Shown here piece after piece: positions 57,861 through 64,000 of a DNA stretch of 64,000 nt. A program made the translations under genes and the position numbers. The DNA comes from an uncultured bacterium. Lineage in GTDB: Bacteria > Electryoneota > B3-LCP. The stretch spans positions 746-64,745 of the forward strand of contig CAZUTK010000005.1 in NCBI GenBank assembly GCA_964623265.1, written 5' to 3'. How positions within the stretch are numbered: the first letter of the stretch is position 1; the number at the start of each line of letters is the position of its first letter. Below the pieces are notes generated by a model that worked only from the letters and a program-made list of their open reading frames with translations, did not search any database and was not told where the DNA came from.

Positions 57861-60512
57861 TTATTTCATCAGCACCATTTTCCTCACCGCTTTATACTCC
57901 CCCGCCGCCAGCCGCGCAAAATAGACGCCCGAAGGCAGACCGGATCCGTCGAAGGTGACTTCGTGCGTTCCCGCCGTCCGCAGACCCTTCACCAGCGTCG
58001 CCACAGTTCTGCCGCCGACGTCGAAGATTTCGAGGTTCGTTCGCGCCGGGCTGGGTAGGGTGAAAGAGAAGCGAGTGCCGGGATTGAAAGGATTCGGGAA
58101 ATTCTGACTCATAAAGAAGCGCGCGGGAAGATTTTGTCCGCCGGGTGATTCGATGCCGTAGAGTTCCAGCCAGTTCAGGATGGCGGAAAGGAAGTCGGTT
58201 CGCGAGTTGAATCCGGCGGCGGAGTCGTTGATGGCTTCGAAGCCGAAGGAGAGGAAGACGACTGCTCCATGAGCGTCGCAGTGCACGCCCGCCAGCCGGT
58301 CCGGCTGCGACGCATCGTACACCAGCATGGCTGCGCCTTCGCCGGCGGCGGCGACGACGTCCTGCGAGGTCTGGTTGGCGGCGCCGCCCGATCCCAGAAT
58401 GATGAAGTTCATTCCGGCGGAGATGGGGTCGCCCTCGATCCCCTGCACGCTGAAGTCGCCGGCGTTGTCCTCTACGAACGCGACGCCCAGATAGTTGTCC
58501 AGGAAGGGGTCGCTGCGTTCGTGCATTTCCCGCGCGATGTTTTGACCGGATAGAATCAGACGCCCGCCGCCGTCCAGAAATTGCGTCAACGCCGCCGAAG
58601 CTTCCGGCGGGAAGACGTTTTGCTGAGCGGTACCTGTGTACCAGAGGACGAGGGGATAATGGGACAAAATCTCGGCATCCGGCACTCCACTGCGCGCCGC
58701 ATTCCAGACTTCCCAAGTGCGCCCCAGCGCATCCAGCGGGACGGTGTAGTAATAATAGACTTCTTCATCCTGCCCCTGGTCGGCGTTGACGATCAGGATC
58801 TCGCCTCGTCCGAGCTGGATTTCCAATTTCTGCAGATAATCGTAGCCGGTGTTATCCGTGAAATGCAGATCCAGTTCCGCGCGGCGATATCCGCTGAAGC
58901 CGGCAGAGAGCGCAAGCGAGAAGGGCGATGCGGCGTTGTTCGCGGTTTGTTGGAGGGCAAGATCGCCGAAGTCCGCGGAGGAATGAAGGATCATCACGTC
59001 GGGATCCGAGCAGGTAAGTTCGGCGTGGAGGGCGCTGAGATTCTGCGGAGAGCGATTCTGTAGATAGACGATCAGATCGGCGGATTCGCCGGCGGAGAGT
59101 CTTCCGCTGGAATCCGCGTCCAACAGATCGAAGGATTGAACGCCGCAGGTCCAGTCGCAGGCTGCGCCGACGTTCAGACGCAGCGCTTGAGGCCAGTAGG
59201 GGTTGCCCGTCAGGATGGTATCGCACGTCGCCGTCAGGCGCGCGCCGACTTCATCTCCAGTCAGCAGCGGGTAGAGGCTCTTCAGCAGTCCGGCGGTGCC
59301 CGCCGCCACCGGGCACGCCATCGAAGTGCCGCTCATATTGCCGTAGCCGCCGTTGTTGGTGGTGGAGAAGATCCCTTCACCCGGCGCGAAGAGGTCCACC
59401 CAGGCGCCGTAGTTGGAGAAATCCGCCATATGATCCTGCGCGTTGGTGGCGCCGACGGCGATGACGTGTTGATAGCCGGCGGGGTATTGGATCTGCGAGG
59501 TGGATTCGTTGCCCGCCGCCGCCACCGAGACGACGCCGCGGTTGAAGGCGAAGTTGAGCACCTGCTGAGTGTAAGCGGAAAAACCGGATCCCCCGAAGCT
59601 CATCGAGATCACATCGGCACCGTTTTCCGCGGCGTACACGGTGGCTTCGTTGTAGTAGGCGATCAACCCCTGGCCGCTGACGGAAAGATATCCCGCCCGC
59701 AGCGCCATGATCTTCACCCCCCAGCCCACACCGGCGCCGCCCAGGGCGTTGTTGGATCGCTGAGAAGCATCGCCCGCGCAATGAGTGCCGTGGCCGTCGA
59801 AATCGGAGGGATCGTTGTCCGGGGTTTCTCCGTCTTCGCCGGGCCAAACCGCCGCCTGCCCCACGTTCACCCAGTCCCATCCCCAGAAGTCGTCAATATA
59901 ACCGTTGGCATCGTCGTCCAGCCCGTTCCAGTCCGAAGGATCCACGACGCCGTTGCCGTTCAGATCTTCGCCGGGATTGACCCAGATGTTGGGGGCGAGG
60001 TCGGGATGATCGTACATCACGCCGGTGTCTATGATGCCCACGACCGCGAAGGGCGCCGATCCGGAAGCCCACCACCAAGCGGTTTCGCAATCGGTGATGG
60101 TCAAGTGATATTGGGAGGGGCGGTATGGATCGTCCGCTGAACGGGAGGCGAAGACCGGCAGCGCCCAGCGCGGTTCCGCCCAGAGGATGCCAGGGATGCT
60201 TTGCAGCGACCGGCAGAGTCCTGGTATGTCGGCGTCCGGAGGCAGGAAGGCTTCCCAGATGCGCGCGAGGTCGCGCTCGAACCCGTCTTCAGATCGGGCG
60301 AACTGCGGGTAAATCCGCCGCAGATTTTCCGGTCCGACGGAAAGAGGCGCAGCCGCCCATTCGACCAGGTGGGAGGGATCGGCGAGGTCTTCCGCACAGG
60401 CGAAGATGATTCTTCCGGGGAGGTAGGATTGTCCATTCGAAGTGGGGAGATTCGCGCAGAATGCGGGCAGCGAGCAGAGAAGGATGGAAATGGCGAAAGC
60501 AATCGTTTTCAT
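57861..60512 (-). CDS. Secreted subtilisin-like S8 serine peptidase with T9SS C-terminal domain.
   Basis: Signal peptide. Asp 'GIIDTGV', His 'HGTHCAG', Ser 'GTSMACP'. CTD 'FPNPFNPGTRFSFTL...GVYFARLAAGEYKAVRKMVLMK'. Confidence 0.8.
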   Translation of the reverse strand: MKTIAFAISILLCSLPAFCANLPTSNGQSYLPGRIIFACAEDLADPSHLVEWAAAPLSVGPENLRRIYPQFARSEDGFERDLARIWEAFLPPDADIPGLCRSLQSIPGILWAEPRWALPVFASRSADDPYRPSQYHLTITDCETAWWWASGSAPFAVVGIIDTGVMYDHPDLAPNIWVNPGEDLNGNGVVDPSDWNGLDDDANGYIDDFWGWDWVNVGQAAVWPGEDGETPDNDPSDFDGHGTHCAGDASQRSNNALGGAGVGWGVKIMALRAGYLSVSGQGLIAYYNEATVYAAENGADVISMSFGGSGFSAYTQQVLNFAFNRGVVSVAAAGNESTSQIQYPAGYQHVIAVGATNAQDHMADFSNYGAWVDLFAPGEGIFSTTNNGGYGNMSGTSMACPVAAGTAGLLKSLYPLLTGDEVGARLTATCDTILTGNPYWPQALRLNVGAACDWTCGVQSFDLLDADSSGRLSAGESADLIVYLQNRSPQNLSALHAELTCSDPDVMILHSSADFGDLALQQTANNAASPFSLALSAGFSGYRRAELDLHFTDNTGYDYLQKLEIQLGRGEILIVNADQGQDEEVYYYYTVPLDALGRTWEVWNAARSGVPDAEILSHYPLVLWYTGTAQQNVFPPEASAALTQFLDGGGRLILSGQNIAREMHERSDPFLDNYLGVAFVEDNAGDFSVQGIEGDPISAGMNFIILGSGGAANQTSQDVVAAAGEGAAMLVYDASQPDRLAGVHCDAHGAVVFLSFGFEAINDSAAGFNSRTDFLSAILNWLELYGIESPGGQNLPARFFMSQNFPNPFNPGTRFSFTLPSPARTNLEIFDVGGRTVATLVKGLRTAGTHEVTFDGSGLPSGVYFARLAAGEYKAVRKMVLMK

Positions 60513-60728
60513 CTTCGGCTCAGATTGGATGGAGATTTTGTTTGAACATTATACGGAATTTACCCCCGTTAAATAAATAAAAAAAATATGGACAATGACC
60601 TTTTTTATTTCGTATATTATCTATATCAGTGAAGTCATCGGTTGTTGTTCATCGCTGCATCTTCGGATCTGCCAATGACGCCTTGACGTCCTGGTGAAAG
60701 AAACGTCCAATTAAAGAGGTAAAGAGTA

Positions 60729-60938
60729 ATGTCACAAGGTACCGTGAAATGGTTCAACCCGCGCAAAGGGTACGGGTTCATCAAAGTAGACGACAGTTCG
60801 GAGGACGTGTTCGTCCACGCCAACGAAGTCGTCGGAGGCGGTTTCCGCAAGGAGCTTTACGAGAACCAACGCGTCGAATTTGAGATCGCGAACGGTCAAA
60901 AAGGTCCCTTAGCAAAGAGCGTTCGCGTGATTGAATAA
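60729..60938 (+). CDS. cspA: Cold-shock protein (CspA family).
   Basis: RNP1 'KGYGFI' and RNP2 'VFVHA'. 69 aa. Confidence 0.9.
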   Translation: MSQGTVKWFNPRKGYGFIKVDDSSEDVFVHANEVVGGGFRKELYENQRVEFEIANGQKGPLAKSVRVIE

Positions 60939-60953
60939 TACCGCGAATACTAT

Positions 60954-60987
60954 GCAGCCCGGCTCGCAGGAGCCGGGTTTTTTTTGC
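60954..60987 (+). terminator. Rho-independent terminator after csp.
   Basis: Stem 'cccggctcgcaggagccggg' followed by T9. Confidence 0.7.
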
Positions 60988-61029
60988 GCATCGCCGCCGT
61001 TTTCTCTTGGAGATGAAAGCCGGCGCGGT

Positions 61030-63729
61030 TCATCGCCGGCGGTGACGGGGCGGTTTCGTCGCGTGCAAGCTATGCTTAATTCGATCTTCCGTGATCGGCA
61101 GATCCGTGAATTCCACGCCCAGCGCGTCGCAGACGGCGTTGGCGACGGCGGGGGCCGTCCCCACCAGAGCCGGTTCGCCGATGCCGCGCGCGCCGAAGGG
61201 ACCCAGTGTGTCGGGGGATTCGAGGAATTCGATCGAAATTTGCGGAATATCCGACGCCCGCGGGGTGCGGTATCGGTCGAAATTCAGCGTTGTAGGATAA
61301 CCGTTTTCCACCCGATATTCCTCGAACAATGCCATGCCGATTCCCTGCGCGACCGCTCCGATGACCTGCCCCCTCAGCGCCTGCCGGTGGATGACTCTGC
61401 CCACATCGTGGCACGCCGCCAGCCGCAGAACCTTGACTCTGCCGGTCTTCAGGTTGACTTCCACTTCCGCCGCTTGAGCGCCCCAGGCGTAGGTGGCGTA
61501 GGCGACGCCCTGACCGGTCTCGTCGTCCAGCTTCGTCGTGGGGACGGAGAAACGGGTGAAGGCGTCGGTCGGCTGCCCCAGTTCCGTCAGGCGGTGATGG
61601 ATTTTTCGCAGTGCGTCTTCATCCGTTGACAGAAAACGGAGATTCTGTTCGAAGCAGAATTGATCCAGCCTCTGCCGCAGTTTTTCGCAGACGTTCTGCA
61701 CGGCTCTGCCCGTGATGGTCGTCTGACGCGAGGCGACGGTGGAACCGGAATCCGGAGTCAGCTCGCTGTCGGCGGCCAGTAGATCCACGCGGTCGAAATC
61801 CGTTTCGAGAGCTTCTGCGGCGATCTGGCGGAAGATGGTCGAGGAGCCCTGACCGTAGTCCACCGTGCCGACCCGCAGGATGAAGCGCCCTTGCGCCGTC
61901 AGTTCGACACGGGCGCCGGAGATATCGGGGATGCCTCCTCCGTAGCCGATGCCGTAGAAGAGGGCGGCGACGCCGACGCCTCTTTTAACGGTTGTGGATT
62001 TGTTCTTGGATTTTGCGGCGGGGCGGATCGCCGCGGTGACGGAGTTGAGGCAGCGATCCAAGGTTACTTTTAAGGAAGGAGGTAATTCCTGCGTCGCCGT
62101 CCGGCCGCCGTCGCGCAGGAGATTGCGGCGGCGCAGTTCCACCGGATCGAATCCCCAAGCTTTCGCCGCCATATCGAGGTGTCGTTCCGCGGCGTAGAGC
62201 ACCTGTGTCGCTCCGAAGCCGCGGAATGCGCCGGAGTAAGCGTTGTTGGTGTAAACGGATCTGCCCAGGATGCGGATGTTGGGAATCTCGTAGGGACCCG
62301 AAGCGTGCACGCAGGCTTTGCGCAGGATGTTCGGCGCCCAGGAGGTATAGGCGCCGGTGTCGGCGATCAATTCGAGATCCAGAGCGGTCAACCTGCCGTC
62401 GGCGTCCGCCGCCAGACGGCGGCGGATGATCATAGGGTGGCGTTTGGTGGTGGATCGAAAGGATTCCTCGCGGGTCAGCACGATGCGCACTGGACGCTTC
62501 AGTTTGTAAGCCGCCAGCGCCGCCAGGGGCTGCACCACCATATCTTCCCGCTTGCCGAAGGCGCCGCCGGTGGGGGATTGAATCACCCGCAGTTCGTGTC
62601 TGCCGAGGTTCAGGATGCGGCAGAGTTCCGCGCGGTCGAAGAAGACGTTTTGAGTCGGGGCGATGACGGTGAGCCTGCCGGCGTCGTCGAACGTCGCCAG
62701 GACTGCTTCGTTTTCCATCGGGGCGTGTTCCACCAGCGGGGTGCGGAAGACGGCTTCGTGGCGCAGCGCCGCCTCGCGGAATGCTCGTTCCACGTCCCCT
62801 CGCCGGATCTTGCGTTCCGCCGCCAGATTGCCCTTTTCGAAGAGTTTGACCGCATCCTCTTTCAGCGCCGCTTCTGGATCTGTGACCGCGGGGAGCGGCT
62901 CATATTCGACTTCGATTTGCGAGACGGCTCGCCGGGCGTCGGATTCGCTTTGCGCCACCACCAGCGCGACCTTGTCACCGACGAAACGCACGCGGTCTCC
63001 GCACAGAACCGGCTGATCCTTCGCGGCTTTCCCGTAATGATTGTCGCCGGGGACGTCCGCGGCGGTGAAGACGGCGACGACGCCGGGCATCGAAGCGGCT
63101 TTCGCCGCATCTATCCGGCGTATGAGGGCGTGCGGATATTGCGCCCAGAGGACGGCTCCGTGCAGCATCCCCGGCGCGGCGAGATCCGCGGCGTAGCGGA
63201 TACCGCCTGATACCAACGCTTCCGCGCCGGTGCGCAGAGGCGAAGATCCGAGCGTTCCCGGAAGATCCCCACCGCTGACCTCCCCCGCCAGCACCCGTTC
63301 GACTGCTTCGATCATCTGGAGATAGCCCGTGCAGCGGCAGAGATGCGGTGCCAGAGCGGCGACGACATCTTCCGCATCCGGATGCGGGTTTCTCTCCAGC
63401 AGAGCCGTGAGGGACATCACGATGCCGGAAGTGCAATACCCGCACTGCACGGCTCCGGCTTCGAGCAGCGCCTGCTGAACAGCGGTTAAGCCATCCGAAC
63501 TCAGCCCTTCCACCGTCAGCACGTGTTTGCCTTCCACGGCTTTTGCCTTCGTGCGGCAGGAGAGAGTGGGGCGGCCGTTGACCAGCACCATGCAGGCGCC
63601 GCACTTGCCGATCCCGCAGCTCTGTTTGGCGCCGGTCAAGCCGAAGTCTTCCCGCAAGACGCGGATGAGCGGTCGGTCGGCGGCGCCGCGATAGGTGACG
63701 GTGCGGTCGTTGAGGTGGAAGGTGATCAT
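61030..63729 (-). CDS. Molybdopterin-dependent aldehyde oxidoreductase of the xanthine-oxidase family, with the 2Fe-2S and MoCo domains fused and no FAD domain (Mop-like).
   Basis: N-terminal 'CGIGKCGACMV' plant-type plus 'CGYCTSG...CRCTGY' second 2Fe-2S motif. A ~750 aa Ald_Xan_dh large-subunit-like region follows. 899 aa, comparable to D. gigas Mop (907 aa). Confidence 0.7.
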   Translation of the reverse strand: MITFHLNDRTVTYRGAADRPLIRVLREDFGLTGAKQSCGIGKCGACMVLVNGRPTLSCRTKAKAVEGKHVLTVEGLSSDGLTAVQQALLEAGAVQCGYCTSGIVMSLTALLERNPHPDAEDVVAALAPHLCRCTGYLQMIEAVERVLAGEVSGGDLPGTLGSSPLRTGAEALVSGGIRYAADLAAPGMLHGAVLWAQYPHALIRRIDAAKAASMPGVVAVFTAADVPGDNHYGKAAKDQPVLCGDRVRFVGDKVALVVAQSESDARRAVSQIEVEYEPLPAVTDPEAALKEDAVKLFEKGNLAAERKIRRGDVERAFREAALRHEAVFRTPLVEHAPMENEAVLATFDDAGRLTVIAPTQNVFFDRAELCRILNLGRHELRVIQSPTGGAFGKREDMVVQPLAALAAYKLKRPVRIVLTREESFRSTTKRHPMIIRRRLAADADGRLTALDLELIADTGAYTSWAPNILRKACVHASGPYEIPNIRILGRSVYTNNAYSGAFRGFGATQVLYAAERHLDMAAKAWGFDPVELRRRNLLRDGGRTATQELPPSLKVTLDRCLNSVTAAIRPAAKSKNKSTTVKRGVGVAALFYGIGYGGGIPDISGARVELTAQGRFILRVGTVDYGQGSSTIFRQIAAEALETDFDRVDLLAADSELTPDSGSTVASRQTTITGRAVQNVCEKLRQRLDQFCFEQNLRFLSTDEDALRKIHHRLTELGQPTDAFTRFSVPTTKLDDETGQGVAYATYAWGAQAAEVEVNLKTGRVKVLRLAACHDVGRVIHRQALRGQVIGAVAQGIGMALFEEYRVENGYPTTLNFDRYRTPRASDIPQISIEFLESPDTLGPFGARGIGEPALVGTAPAVANAVCDALGVEFTDLPITEDRIKHSLHATKPPRHRRR

Positions 63730-63780
63730 AAGGCGGTTTGCGAGGTAGTCGGCGCCGATGCGCTCATCGAACGGCGGGAC

Positions 63781-64000
63781 TCAGCTTTTTCTTTTTTTCG
63801 GCTTCTTTTCTTCGAAATTCGCACGGACGGACTCCGAAAGACCGGCTAACAGTTGCAGGGCTTCTTCCGCCTGAGCGAACTTCAGGGCTCCCAGCCCGCA
63901 GGCCGGTGTCAGCAGGGACTGCCGCAGCAGGAGATTTTTCGCAATCCCCTGCCGCGTCAATTCGGCGGCTTTTTCGAGGAAATCCGTTTGCAACTGCGAG
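63781..64000 (-). CDS. 3' end of an unidentified gene that continues beyond the window edge.
   Basis: The frame is open to nt 64000. C-terminus '...FEEKKPKKRKS'. No motif recognised. Confidence 0.25.
   Translation of the reverse strand, partial: SQLQTDFLEKAAELTRQGIAKNLLLRQSLLTPACGLGALKFAQAEEALQLLAGLSESVRANFEEKKPKKRKS

Noticed and set aside
1-64000. Scanned for CRISPR arrays, tRNA/rRNA genes, integrases/transposases and long direct repeats.
   Set aside because: There are no regularly spaced repeats, no cloverleaf-like 70-90 nt GC-balanced segments in the intergenic regions, and no integrase or transposase motifs. The only repeats are protein-level paralog pairs (two kinases, two permeases, two AsnB-like genes, two C25 proteases).

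Overview
This 64 kb window is a high-GC, densely coding contig (about 45 genes). It most likely comes from an uncultivated member of the FCB superphylum: there is a SprA-like giant type-IX-secretion (T9SS) protein and at least four secreted proteins with T9SS C-terminal sorting domains. No rRNA, tRNA, CRISPR or transposase/integrase genes were recognised. Everything below is read from the sequence and the ORF track; no database search was run.

The window breaks into five blocks:

1. **1-7000.** A probably 5'-truncated gingipain-like (C25) T9SS cargo protease, followed by a terminator. Then a four-gene operon, hdrC-like, hdrB-like, sdhB/frdB-like and sdhA/frdA-like, whose flavoprotein has Asn in place of the covalent-FAD histidine. 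Upstream of the operon are repeated TGTTGCAA palindromic motifs.

2. **7447-18499.** A same-strand, tightly packed signalling/transport operon. It opens with a DASS/ArsB-NhaD-like anion permease. Next come two paralogous Cache-type sensor histidine kinases, a CBS-pair protein and three stand-alone receiver (REC) proteins. The unusual members are a REC::DASS-permease fusion, a degenerate cytidylate-kinase-like::BON-like::REC fusion, and a pseudo-histidine-kinase that keeps its H-box but has no ATP-binding motifs. This looks like a C4-dicarboxylate/anion sensing multi-REC phosphorelay in which a transporter itself carries a receiver domain. I consider it the most novel system in the window.

3. 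**18510-31708.** Housekeeping genes: an outer-membrane barrel, dprA, recO, mgtE, rsmA, rsmD, two unknown membrane proteins, comEA, dnaJ, grpE, hrcA (with no dnaK and no visible CIRCE element), ppx/gppA and an M28 peptidase.

4. **31740-48172.** SprA (2116 aa), a T9SS cargo protein, an NtrC-type sigma-54 activator with a PAS histidine kinase that appears split from its membrane domain by a frameshift, and a 1385-aa C25 peptidase T9SS cargo.

5. **48701-64000.** Two tandem asparagine-synthetase-B-like paralogs that keep the SGGxDS PP-loop but start 'MPGLLGL', so they lack the glutaminase Cys2; this is a lasso-cyclase / beta-lactam-synthetase-like architecture. They are followed by an outer-membrane protein, an MscL with a C-terminal Cys4 extension, an OmpA protein with thrombospondin-3 repeats, an EutE/PduP-like CoA-acylating aldehyde dehydrogenase with a long low-complexity tail, an S8 subtilase T9SS cargo, cspA, and a fused 2Fe-2S + molybdopterin aldehyde oxidoreductase resembling Desulfovibrio gigas Mop.

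The many long antisense ORFs in the track are GC-driven artefacts.
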